This document shows, piece after piece, positions 28,617 through 38,016 of a stretch of 64,000 nt of DNA. The stretch comes from Candidatus Latescibacterota bacterium (lineage in GTDB: Bacteria; Latescibacterota; UBA2968; UBA8231): NCBI GenBank assembly GCA_965206595.1, contig OZ242214.1, forward strand, positions 3,104,001-3,168,000. Reading direction: 5' to 3'. The position numbers and the translations under genes were made by a program. The stretch's first letter is position 1. Each line of letters opens with the position of its first letter. The notes below the pieces were generated by a model. The model searched no databases. It was not told the DNA's origin and was given only the letters and a program-made list of their open reading frames with translations.

Positions 28617-31600
28617 TCGTTTCACGCACCTGCACGGAGATTCCGCGAAGGGACGGCAAGCGGCCTCAGCACGGGGAAAGGCAGTCCCGCCCTCTGGAGG
28701 AGTTCCGAGAGGCGCAGGCCTACGTGCTGGTGGGCGACCCCGGCGCCGGCAAGACGACCTCCTTTAAGGCGGAGTGCGCGGCGCTCGGGGAGAAGGCCTG
28801 CCTCGTGACTGCCCGGAACTTCCTGACCTTCGAGCCGAAAGACCATCCCGAGTGGCGCCAGAAGACACTTTTCATCGATGGGTTGGATGAGGTCCGCGCC
28901 GGGTCCGCGGACATCCGCACCCCCTTCGACCAGGTTCGGGGAAAGCTCGACGAACTGGGGAAGCCTCCTTTTCGCCTGTCCTGCCGGGAGGCGGACTGGC
29001 TGGGTGAGAATGATCGAGGGCATCTGGAATCCGTGTCGCCGGATTCGCAGGTGACGGTGCTGCTTCTCGATCCCCTGACGGATGCGGACATTGCCTCGAT
29101 CCTGGACGCGCGGCGGGATATCGACGATGCCAGGGCCTTTTTCGAGGAAGCGAGGCAGCGGGGTGTCGAGGGGCTGCTGGCGAACCCGCAGACCCTGGAA
29201 ATGCTGGCCCTTGCCGTGGGGCGGAGAGATGAGTGGCCGAAGAGCCGCATGCAGACCTTCGAGATGGCCTGCGGCCAGATGGTCCGCGAGCACAACGAGG
29301 AACATCAGGCGGCGCAGGAATCGGGCAGTCCACCTGCGCCCGACCAGCTTCTCGATGCCGCAGGACGTCTCTGTGCGCTTCAACTGATCTCGGGCGGGGC
29401 CGGGTACACGTTGCGCGGGGAACCGGACGAAGAGTACCCCGCTGTGGACCAGTGGGACTACGACCGCCAAGCGCTTCGTTTCGCACTCGCCACCAAGCTG
29501 TTCAAGGGGGCTTACAGCAACCGCTTCTCCCCGGTTCACCGCCACATTGCGGAGTTCCTGGGCGCCCGGCACATCCATGGCCGGCTCCCCGCCCGCCGGG
29601 TCATCGCTCTAATGGCGGGAGGGGACGGCACGGTCGTCACCGAGATGAGAGGCTTGTCCGCCTGGCTGGCGGCCCATTCGAGGGAAGCCCGGGCAGACCT
29701 CATCGAACGGGATCCCATCGGCGTCGGGCTGTACGGGGACATCGGGGAGTTCTCCAACGAGGAGAAAAGGGCGCTTCTGGAATCCCTCAACCGCGAGGGA
29801 TCCCGCCTTGGCCCGCTGTGGAGTTCGGCGGCGGCCTTTCGGGCGCTCGCCGTGCCAGAGTTGGAAACGGTGCTGAGGGAGATCCTTGACGACAGCGACC
29901 GCACTCCGGACCACCAGACGTTCACTGATTTCGTCTTGCGGCTTCTGGACGAAGGTGCCGCTTTGCCGGGCCTTTCTGACATTCTGCTGGACATCGTCCG
30001 CGATGACACGCGGTGGCCTCGCGTCAACACATCGGCCCTCAATGCCTTCATCCACAACTGCCCGGACACCCAGGAGAAAGCCAACGAGTTGAAGTCGCTG
30101 CTGGCTGATATTCGCGCCAGCAGTGTCCCCGATTCCGACAACGAACTTCTCGGAATCCTCCTGTATGAGCTCTATCCCCGGGACCTGTCACCGTCGGAGG
30201 TGTGGAACTTCTACTTTGAGGCAAGGTACCGGAAACCATTTTTCGGCATGTACCACGGGTTTTTCATGCTCGGCCTTCTCGAAAAGTCCTCCGACGGCCA
30301 AGTGGCCGAGCTCCTCGACAGCCTGAGCGGGCGCTTTTCCGACCTGCGCCCAGCACTGGAGATCGGCAGTCGTCTGGAGGACCTTCCTGCGAAACTGCTC
30401 GCCTGGGGCCTGCAAGCGCATGGGGATCAGCTGGCCACAGGGCATCTCTACGACTGGCTTGATCTGGGCTTCAGGGAGAACCTGGGCAGCTTAGCCACCG
30501 GCGACGAAGCCGACATCCAACAGATACGCTCCTGGATGGAGGGTCATCCCGAGATCCAGAAGGCCGTCATCTTGGAGGGCCTGGAGCGCTGTCCCGAGTC
30601 CGAAGACTTCTGGCAGCACGCCTTCGTCGTTGCGGAACGATGGTACGGTGCCAACCCACCGTCCGACTTCGGTCTCTGGTGCCTGAAGCAGTCGGCAGTC
30701 ATGGCAGACGAGAAGCCACTGGCAGCTAAACATCTTCTCGAATCGGCTTTCAAGGCTCATGCCGAAAAGAGGGGCCACGCCGGTCTGTCGCTCGAAGTCC
30801 TGCGGGAACACACGCAGAGGAACGAGACGTTGAAGGCGCAATTGAATCGGTTGCTTGCTCCTCCGTCCACGCCGCGGCAACAGAGATTGCGAGAACGGAC
30901 GCGGACTTTCACCGAGGAACAACGGCTGCGAGAGGAGCAATGGATCGAGCTCATCCGCTCCAACGAAGTCGCGCTGCGCGAGAACCGAGCAGCGCCTGCC
31001 TTGCTTCACCAGATGGCGATCAGGTACTTCGGAAACTCCATCAATGTTCACAGTCAAGGCGGACCGAAGGATATCGAGCAGGAGCTAGGAGATCCGAACT
31101 TGATCGATGCAGCCCTCCTGGGCATCCGCGGAGTTATCGAACGGAAAGACGTTCCAGGAGTTGAGGAAATTCTCGCGCTCAGAGCAGTGGAGCGTATACA
31201 CTGTCTCGGTTTTCCGTTTCTGGCGGCCTTATCAGAAATCGAAAAATCCTCACCAGAGGAGCTATGTCGCCTCGATGAAGATCGGATGCGCAAAGCGCTG
31301 GCATTCCACTTTTCTTTCTCCAGTTCCAACGAGCCCGACTGGTATGGACACCTCCTCGACTCAAACCCTGGTATCGTAGCAGATGTGATGATACAGTCCG
31401 GCAAAGCCGAACTCCGTGGCCGTGGCAAGATTACCGGGCTCTTTGCGCTCGCCCATAGTGAGAATCACGCGCAAGTCGCCAGACACGCGAGCCTGCCCTT
31501 GCTCCGCGCTTTTCCAACTCGCTGCAAACTGAATCAGATCGAGAATCTGAAGCATCTGCTTTGGGCTGCACTACGATATGCGGATAGATCAGCGCTTCAG

Positions 31601-32695
31601 GATCTGATCGAAATGAAGCTATCCCGGAAGAGCATGAACGAAGCCCAGCGCGTGCGTTGGCTGGCTGTGGGCGTCGCCATTTCGCCCACGAGGTACAAGG
31701 CTCTCTTGAATGACTTCTCACAGGGCAACGAGCGCCGGATTTCGCACTTGGCGGAGTTTTTCTGCTTTGAAGATCGTATACAGTATTCGTTCGATGAACT
31801 GGGGATTCCGGTATTGGAGCTTCTCATTCGCCTTGTTGGAAGCTATGTCGGACCGGATCAGAGGCGTGGTGAAGACGCCGATGATGATGATGAGGGCGAG
31901 CTCGTAGGGCCGGAAATGGAAGCCGCATGGCTTGTCTACCGTCTGATCCAACGCCTCGCCGCCTCTCCCACCAAGGAGTCGAGCGATGTGCTGGGTGGGC
32001 TGCTCCACGAGCCTACGCTATCCGGCTGGCACGACGAACTATCCCGTGCCCAGGATACCCAACGGGTGATCCGCCGCGACGCCGGCTACCGCCATCCCGA
32101 AATCGCGCAGGTCTGCCAGACTTTGAACGGCGGTACCCCGGCCAACGCCGCAGACCTCGCGGCACTCCTGATGGACCGGCTGGAGGAGCTTGCTCTGCAA
32201 ATCCGCACCGGCAATACCGACGACTGGCGCCAGTACTGGAACGAACCGCACGGGCAATCCCCCACGCCCAAGCACGAGGACCGCTGCCGGGACATGCTGC
32301 TCTCGGCCCTGCGGCAACGCCTTCCCCAAGGAGTCGACGCCCAGCCCGAGGGGCAGTACGCCCACGACAACCGCGCCGACATACGGGTTTCCTGCCGGGA
32401 CTTCCAAGTGCCGGTGGAAGTCAAAAGGAACATGTATCGCAAGAGCAGGCACCGTGACTTATGGAGCGCGATGCGAAACCAGTTGATCGCCAAGTACACC
32501 AGCGACCCGGACACCGGCGAATACGGCATCTACCTTGTATTCTGGTTTGGCAAGAAAGGCACTCCACCCCCACCCAAGGGGGACCCCCCGGCCAACGCCA
32601 AGGATCTTAAAGAGCGACTGGAAGAAACCCTGACCCCCGTTGAAGCGCGGAAGATCTCGATCTGCGTCGTCGACGTAAGTCGACCGGATGAATAA
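28613..32695 (+). CDS. Large STAND/NACHT-like NTPase with a C-terminal PD-(D/E)XK nuclease-like domain
   Basis: GTG overlaps the upstream TGA, preceded by GGAGG; VLVGDPGAGKTT, FIDGLDE, LSCR, NPQTL, PVHRHIAEFLGA; C-terminal E..RADI..VPVEVK..QLIAKY..GIYLVFWFG. Confidence 0.8.
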   Translation: MIVSRTCTEIPRRDGKRPQHGERQSRPLEEFREAQAYVLVGDPGAGKTTSFKAECAALGEKACLVTARNFLTFEPKDHPEWRQKTLFIDGLDEVRAGSADIRTPFDQVRGKLDELGKPPFRLSCREADWLGENDRGHLESVSPDSQVTVLLLDPLTDADIASILDARRDIDDARAFFEEARQRGVEGLLANPQTLEMLALAVGRRDEWPKSRMQTFEMACGQMVREHNEEHQAAQESGSPPAPDQLLDAAGRLCALQLISGGAGYTLRGEPDEEYPAVDQWDYDRQALRFALATKLFKGAYSNRFSPVHRHIAEFLGARHIHGRLPARRVIALMAGGDGTVVTEMRGLSAWLAAHSREARADLIERDPIGVGLYGDIGEFSNEEKRALLESLNREGSRLGPLWSSAAAFRALAVPELETVLREILDDSDRTPDHQTFTDFVLRLLDEGAALPGLSDILLDIVRDDTRWPRVNTSALNAFIHNCPDTQEKANELKSLLADIRASSVPDSDNELLGILLYELYPRDLSPSEVWNFYFEARYRKPFFGMYHGFFMLGLLEKSSDGQVAELLDSLSGRFSDLRPALEIGSRLEDLPAKLLAWGLQAHGDQLATGHLYDWLDLGFRENLGSLATGDEADIQQIRSWMEGHPEIQKAVILEGLERCPESEDFWQHAFVVAERWYGANPPSDFGLWCLKQSAVMADEKPLAAKHLLESAFKAHAEKRGHAGLSLEVLREHTQRNETLKAQLNRLLAPPSTPRQQRLRERTRTFTEEQRLREEQWIELIRSNEVALRENRAAPALLHQMAIRYFGNSINVHSQGGPKDIEQELGDPNLIDAALLGIRGVIERKDVPGVEEILALRAVERIHCLGFPFLAALSEIEKSSPEELCRLDEDRMRKALAFHFSFSSSNEPDWYGHLLDSNPGIVADVMIQSGKAELRGRGKITGLFALAHSENHAQVARHASLPLLRAFPTRCKLNQIENLKHLLWAALRYADRSALQDLIEMKLSRKSMNEAQRVRWLAVGVAISPTRYKALLNDFSQGNERRISHLAEFFCFEDRIQYSFDELGIPVLELLIRLVGSYVGPDQRRGEDADDDDEGELVGPEMEAAWLVYRLIQRLAASPTKESSDVLGGLLHEPTLSGWHDELSRAQDTQRVIRRDAGYRHPEIAQVCQTLNGGTPANAADLAALLMDRLEELALQIRTGNTDDWRQYWNEPHGQSPTPKHEDRCRDMLLSALRQRLPQGVDAQPEGQYAHDNRADIRVSCRDFQVPVEVKRNMYRKSRHRDLWSAMRNQLIAKYTSDPDTGEYGIYLVFWFGKKGTPPPPKGDPPANAKDLKERLEETLTPVEARKISICVVDVSRPDE

Positions 32696-32701
32696 GCGAG
32701 T

Positions 32702-35700
32702 ATGACCGGCCAACTCTTCACCCATTACTTCCTCACCGACGGCATAAAGACCACGCCCGAGTGGCAGGCCTCGGTGGACGACCCCGAGAGGTTCGCCGCC
32801 TTCAGGAAGGACGTTGCCCGGCGCTACGAAACCCTTAGCCGTTCGGCTGATCCCAACGAAGCGGCCACCGAGCAGGACCTGATCCGGCCGATCCTCGAGC
32901 TTCTCGGATGGACCGACTACCTGCCGCAGCAGGGCACGGCCGGCAAGGAGGACATTCCCGACCACCTGCTCTTCGCCGACGCCGGCTCCAAGGAGCGTGC
33001 CACCGCGGAGCGCAACGCCGGCGCCCGCGCCCGGTACGCGATCGCCCTGGAGGAGAGCAAGCGCTTCGGCCTGCCCCTGGACGATCGCGACAGGGAGGCC
33101 GATTTCCACGCCCGGTCTCCCCACAGCCAGATCCTCCGCTACCTGGCCACGGCAGAAATCGAGTCGGAGAGCCGGGTCCGCTGGGGCATCCTCACCAACG
33201 GCCGGGTCTGGCGCCTGTACGACTACCGCGCCCGTCCCCGCGCCAGCGGCTACTTCGAGGCCGACCTCGCCGACCTCCTTGAGCCCGACAAGGAAGAGGA
33301 CCTGCGCGTCTTCCACCTGCTGTTCCTCCGCAACTCCTTCACGCCGCAGGAGGGAGCCGCGGCCTCCTTCCTCGAAGCCGCGCTCGCCGAGGGCCGCCGT
33401 TACGAGCAACAGGTCGCCCAGGATCTATCGGGAGTGGTGTTCGAAAGCGTCTTCCCTCGGCTCGTCCAGGCGCTCGCGGATTCCTCCCAGGCCAGCCTCC
33501 CGGAGGTCCACAAGGCCGCCCTGATCTTCCTCTACCGTCTGCTTTTCGTGCTCTACGCCGAAGATCGAGGCCTGCTGCCGGTCAACGACTCCCGGTACGA
33601 CGACTACGGCCTGCGCAAGCGGGTGCGCGACGACATCGCCCGCAGGATGGGGGACCGGGACACCTACTCGGCCCACGCCACCACCTACTACGACCACTTG
33701 ACGACGCTCTTCAGAATCATCGACCAAGGGGACGCGTCCATCGGCCTGCCCCCTTACAACGGGGGGCTGTTCGCGTCGCAAGCCGCCCCGCTGCTGGAAA
33801 CGGTCCGCCTCCCCGACGCCCAAGTCGCTCCCGTCATCTACGACCTCAGCCACGCAAAGGACCTGAAAGACGAGCGCCACTTCGTCAACTACCGCGACAT
33901 GTCCGTGCAGCAGCTCGGCTCGATCTACGAGCGCCTGCTCGAACGCGAGCCGGTCCGCGAAAACGGCGGCATCGCCATCCGCCCCAACCCGTACGCCCGC
34001 AAGGACAGCGGCAGCTTCTTCACCCCTCAGGAGCTGGTCGACCTCATCGTCGAACGCACCCTGAAGCCGCTGGCCGAGGAGCGTCTGAAGGCTTTCGAAG
34101 AGAAGGCCGCCGCACTCAAGAGCGACCGCCGGCCCAAGGGCCAACGGCTAACCGAACTGCTCAGGCTCGACCCGGCCGAGGCCGTGCTGAACCTGAAGGT
34201 GCTGGACCCGGCCATGGGCAGCGGCCACTTCCTGGTCACCGCGGTAGACTTCCTGTCCGACTACGTCGCCGAGCTGATCGAGAAGGTCGCCGCAGTCCCG
34301 GAGTGGCTCGACGGCGGGTACGCTTCGCCGCTGGTCGGGCGCGTGGCCGCGATCCGCAACGAGATCATCCGGCGTGCGGAAGAATCGAACTGGGTCCTCG
34401 ACCAAGCCCAGCTCACCGACCAGGCCATCATCCGCCGCATGGTCCTCAAGCGCTGCATCTACGGCGTGGATAAGAATCCCCTGACCGTCGAGCTGGCCAA
34501 GGTGTCGCTGTGGCTGCACAGCTTCACCGTGGGCGCGCCGCTTTCCTTCCTCGACCATCACCTGCGCTGCGGCGACTCGCTGGTCGGCATGCGGGTAGCA
34601 GAGGCGGTGCGGGACCTGAACCGGTTGGGCGGGCTGTTTGCCCAAAGCGCCATCCAGGGCGCGGAGACCGCAACCGAAGGAATGCGGCTCATCGAGGAGA
34701 TGTCCGACTCCGACGTGGCCGAGGTGCAGGAGTCGGCGGAGCTGTTCAGCGGGGTGGAGCGGACCACCGCGGACCTGCGCGGCCTGCTCGACATCCTCTG
34801 CGGCTGGCGCTGGCTCACGGCCGGCATGAAGAAGAAGGAGCGCGCGGCCTTCGAGGGACCGCTGGACGTCACCCTGGGCCGGCACTCGGCGGAAGCATTC
34901 AAGCTGTTGGTCCGGGGGCCGGGACATCTCGGCAACGACCCACCCAAGTACAAGGAATGGGCGCGGTTCGTCGAACGCTGGAACGAAGCCCGCGCCATCG
35001 CCGACCGGGAGGGTTTCCTGCACTGGGAGGTCGCCTTTCCGGGGGTGTGGCGCCGGTGGCAGGACAGCCGCCCGCAGGGAGGATTCGATGCCGTCATCGG
35101 CAATCCCCCGTGGGACCGCATCAAGCTGCAGGAAGTGGAGTGGTTCGCGACCCGTGATCCGGAGCTCGCCCTGGCGCCAACCGCGGCGGCAAGGCGAAAG
35201 GGCATTCAGCGGCTGCGCGACCAGGGATCGTCCCTGGCGTCCGCGTTCGACGCAGCCCGGGAGCAGTCCGAGAGCCTGGCCCGCATGATCCGATCCTGCG
35301 GCGACTACCCCTTGCTCGGAGGCGGCGACGTCAACCTGTACTCGCTGTTCGTCGAGCGGGCCACCGCCCTGATCAGGCCGGACGGCTTCGTCGGTTTGCT
35401 GACGCCGTCGGGCATCTACGCCGACAAGACCGCGGCCCCCTTCTTCAAGTCCGTTTCCACCGGCGGTCGGGTGGGCGGCCTGTTCGACTTCGAGAACCGC
35501 CGCCTTGGAACCGATCTGCCCCCCTTCTTCCCGGACGTTGATTCCCGCTTCAAGTTCTGCGCCCTCGTTTTCGGCGGAGAGGACCGGCGCTTCAACCGGA
35601 CCGCCTGTGCCTTCTTCCTGCACGACACGAGAACGCTCGCTGACGAGGATCGCTGCTTTCCCCTGGCCCCGGAGGACTTCGTTCGGGTGAACCCAAATAC

Positions 35701-36760
35701 AGGTACGGCGCCGGTGTTCCGGACGCGGAGAGATTCCGAGATCACCCGCCGCATCTACGAGCAGCACCCGGTGCTGGTGGATCGCTCCGGGGGTGAGGAG
35801 GTCCGGGCGTGGCAGGTGAAGTACGTGCGCATGTTCGACATGACCAACGACTCGCATCGCTTCAGGACTGGGGCCGAGCTCGATGCGGCGGGATTCTACC
35901 CGGTGCAGGGCAACCGCTGGAAGAAGGGGAGGGAGCTGTACCTGCCCCTGTACGAGGGCAAGATGGTGCAGGCTTTCGACCACCGGGCCGCCAGCATCGT
36001 GGTCAACCCGGAGAACCTGAACCGGCCCGCCCAACCGCGGGAAGCTACCGCCGGGGAACACGCCGACCCGGACTGGTTGCCCAATCCGCAGTTCTGGGTG
36101 AGAGAAAAGGAAGCTGAATGGCCAGAAGACTTGGGGTGGACGGTGGCCTTCAAGCATGTTACAGCTCCGACAAATATTCGGACAATGATCGCCTGTGTAG
36201 GACCACGCGCAGGTTTCGGCAATAGTCTGCCAATCCTGTTGCCTACCAACAAAACACCCGCCGAAATCCAGATATACAAAAAAAGTTCATATCTGGTCGC
36301 CGCAAATTTGAGCACATTCGCTTTTGATTTTGTCACGCGCCAAAAGGTCCAAGGACAGAATCTGAATTTGTTCATCGTCGAGCAGCTCCCCGTTATCGCA
36401 CCCGCCGACTACGACCGCCCATTCGGCGCCACCACCGCCCGCGACCTCGTCAAGGATCACGTCCTCCGCCTCACGTATACCGCACACGACATGGCCCCCT
36501 TCGCCCGCGACCTCGGCCACGACGGCCCACCCTTCCCGTGGGACGAGGAAGAACGCCGACACCTCCGCGCCCGCCTCGACGCCCTCTACTTCCATCTCTA
36601 CGGCCTCACCCGGGAGGACGCGGCGTACGTCCTCGACACCTTCCCGATCGTCCGCCGGGAGGACGTGGCCGCCTTCGGCCGCTACCGAACCCGCGAGCTG
36701 ATCCTCGCCTACATGAATGCCCTTGCAGCGGGGGATGTGGAGACGAGGGTGGCTGTGTAG
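32702..36760 (+). CDS. Type IIG/Eco57I-like fused restriction-modification enzyme (N6-adenine MTase)
   Basis: N-terminal PD..ESK..Q..Y..GILTNGRVWRLY nuclease; YNGGLF, LGSIYERLL, GSFFTP, VLDPAMGSGHFL, YGVDKN, FDAVIGNPPW; C-terminal target-recognition region. Confidence 0.9.
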   Translation: MTGQLFTHYFLTDGIKTTPEWQASVDDPERFAAFRKDVARRYETLSRSADPNEAATEQDLIRPILELLGWTDYLPQQGTAGKEDIPDHLLFADAGSKERATAERNAGARARYAIALEESKRFGLPLDDRDREADFHARSPHSQILRYLATAEIESESRVRWGILTNGRVWRLYDYRARPRASGYFEADLADLLEPDKEEDLRVFHLLFLRNSFTPQEGAAASFLEAALAEGRRYEQQVAQDLSGVVFESVFPRLVQALADSSQASLPEVHKAALIFLYRLLFVLYAEDRGLLPVNDSRYDDYGLRKRVRDDIARRMGDRDTYSAHATTYYDHLTTLFRIIDQGDASIGLPPYNGGLFASQAAPLLETVRLPDAQVAPVIYDLSHAKDLKDERHFVNYRDMSVQQLGSIYERLLEREPVRENGGIAIRPNPYARKDSGSFFTPQELVDLIVERTLKPLAEERLKAFEEKAAALKSDRRPKGQRLTELLRLDPAEAVLNLKVLDPAMGSGHFLVTAVDFLSDYVAELIEKVAAVPEWLDGGYASPLVGRVAAIRNEIIRRAEESNWVLDQAQLTDQAIIRRMVLKRCIYGVDKNPLTVELAKVSLWLHSFTVGAPLSFLDHHLRCGDSLVGMRVAEAVRDLNRLGGLFAQSAIQGAETATEGMRLIEEMSDSDVAEVQESAELFSGVERTTADLRGLLDILCGWRWLTAGMKKKERAAFEGPLDVTLGRHSAEAFKLLVRGPGHLGNDPPKYKEWARFVERWNEARAIADREGFLHWEVAFPGVWRRWQDSRPQGGFDAVIGNPPWDRIKLQEVEWFATRDPELALAPTAAARRKGIQRLRDQGSSLASAFDAAREQSESLARMIRSCGDYPLLGGGDVNLYSLFVERATALIRPDGFVGLLTPSGIYADKTAAPFFKSVSTGGRVGGLFDFENRRLGTDLPPFFPDVDSRFKFCALVFGGEDRRFNRTACAFFLHDTRTLADEDRCFPLAPEDFVRVNPNTGTAPVFRTRRDSEITRRIYEQHPVLVDRSGGEEVRAWQVKYVRMFDMTNDSHRFRTGAELDAAGFYPVQGNRWKKGRELYLPLYEGKMVQAFDHRAASIVVNPENLNRPAQPREATAGEHADPDWLPNPQFWVREKEAEWPEDLGWTVAFKHVTAPTNIRTMIACVGPRAGFGNSLPILLPTNKTPAEIQIYKKSSYLVAANLSTFAFDFVTRQKVQGQNLNLFIVEQLPVIAPADYDRPFGATTARDLVKDHVLRLTYTAHDMAPFARDLGHDGPPFPWDEEERRHLRARLDALYFHLYGLTREDAAYVLDTFPIVRREDVAAFGRYRTRELILAYMNALAAGDVETRVAV

Positions 36761-36842
36761 ATGGGCAAGGTTGACTCTCCAGCAAAGAGCCCCGTCTTCT
36801 TGTACCGAAGATGGGAGCTTCTTTTCTTTGCCCCTAATGCAG

Positions 36843-36983
36843 CACCGCCACCCGGCCGGCCTGCACCACCTGCGCTGGGACGGCCACGACGAGGGAGCCT
36901 GCCGCAGGCCAGCGGCGTCTACGTGGTACCGGCTGGTGACCGCAGAGGCCGCGCAGACGCGCAAGCTGACCCTGCTGCGCTGA
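36843..36983 (+). pseudogene. Remnant of a FlgD-Ig-like C-terminal domain
   Basis: HPAGLHHLRWDGHDE, then SGVYV in a shifted frame, then YRLVTAEAAQTRKLTLLR*. Confidence 0.65.
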
Positions 36984-37092
36984 AGACGGGATATGCTGAA
37001 TATTCGTCGTCAATCACTACCGACCGTACAAGGGGCGAACCAGCTCCCAATATGCCGGCGGTAGATCAACCATCGCATCACGGGAGATTAGA

Positions 37093-38016
37093 ATGCCTCG
37101 CGACTGGAAAGCCCTGTTCACCTCGTGGTCCAAACCGCCAAGCGATACAGAGGAAGCCAAGGCCGCCCGCGCGGCGAAAATGATCCGCCAAGCGATCCAC
37201 GAGCATGAGCCCCTAAAGGCCAAGCAGACAAGTGTGTACGCCACCGGCTCCTACAGAAACAACACGAACACACGGCTTGAGAGTGACATCGATGTTGCAG
37301 TGGTTCTCCATGACAGCTTCTTTTCAGAATACCCATCCGGTAAGCCTCCTCAGGCTTCAGACCTAGGATACCCTAAAGCATCCTACGGTCTTTCCGATTT
37401 TCGCACGGATGTCGGTCGCGCTCTAGCCAGCAAGTTCGGTGCAAGTAGCGTTACATCGGGCACAAAGGCGTTTGATGTACATGAAACTAGCGTGCGGCTT
37501 GACGCGGACGTAGCCGTCTTTCTGGAGCACCGTCGATACACAGGCAAGAAGAACAGCGATGGCACTTGGCACTATCTCGAGGGTGTAGAAATGCGCGGAA
37601 GTGAAAACAAGAAGATTATCAACTGGCATGAACAACACTATAACAAGGGCGTCGCCAAGAACGACCGCACGGGGCGGCGGTATAAGCGTGTTGCTCGGAT
37701 CCTGAAGCGATTGCGTGACGACATGCAGGAGGCAGGAAGCACGGAGGCAAGAACCGCTGCGGACGTTCCATCATTTCTACTCGAGTGCATCGCTTACAAT
37801 GCGTCCGATGATTGCTACCAAAAAGACCATTTATACGATGACGTGCAAGCGGTCGTAGCACAACTCTGGAACAAAACGAAACCGGAGACCGAAGACCTTG
37901 TTCTTGTCGAGGTAAGCGGTTTGAAGTGGCTCTTCGGCAGCACTCAGCCGTGGTCCAAGGCTACCGCGCATGAGTTCCTCATCCGTGCTTGGCAACACGT
38001 GGGATTCAGGCAATGA
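37093..38016 (+). CDS. cdnE: CBASS CD-NTase, CdnE-like
   Basis: GSYRNNTNTRLESDIDVAV, KAFDV, RLDADV, IINW.EQHY..GVAKN..TGRRYKRVARILK, PSFLLEC, EVSGLKWLF. Confidence 0.9.
   Translation: MPRDWKALFTSWSKPPSDTEEAKAARAAKMIRQAIHEHEPLKAKQTSVYATGSYRNNTNTRLESDIDVAVVLHDSFFSEYPSGKPPQASDLGYPKASYGLSDFRTDVGRALASKFGASSVTSGTKAFDVHETSVRLDADVAVFLEHRRYTGKKNSDGTWHYLEGVEMRGSENKKIINWHEQHYNKGVAKNDRTGRRYKRVARILKRLRDDMQEAGSTEARTAADVPSFLLECIAYNASDDCYQKDHLYDDVQAVVAQLWNKTKPETEDLVLVEVSGLKWLFGSTQPWSKATAHEFLIRAWQHVGFRQ

Noticed and set aside
32702-36760. BREX PglX or DISARM DrmMI assignment
   Set aside because: No brxC/pglZ or drmABC genes are nearby, and the protein has its own N-terminal nuclease motif, consistent with stand-alone type IIG
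36985-37008. Imperfect inverted repeat upstream of cdnE (GACGGGATAT..ATATTCGTC)
   Set aside because: Too degenerate, and no CapW/CapH-type regulator is adjacent
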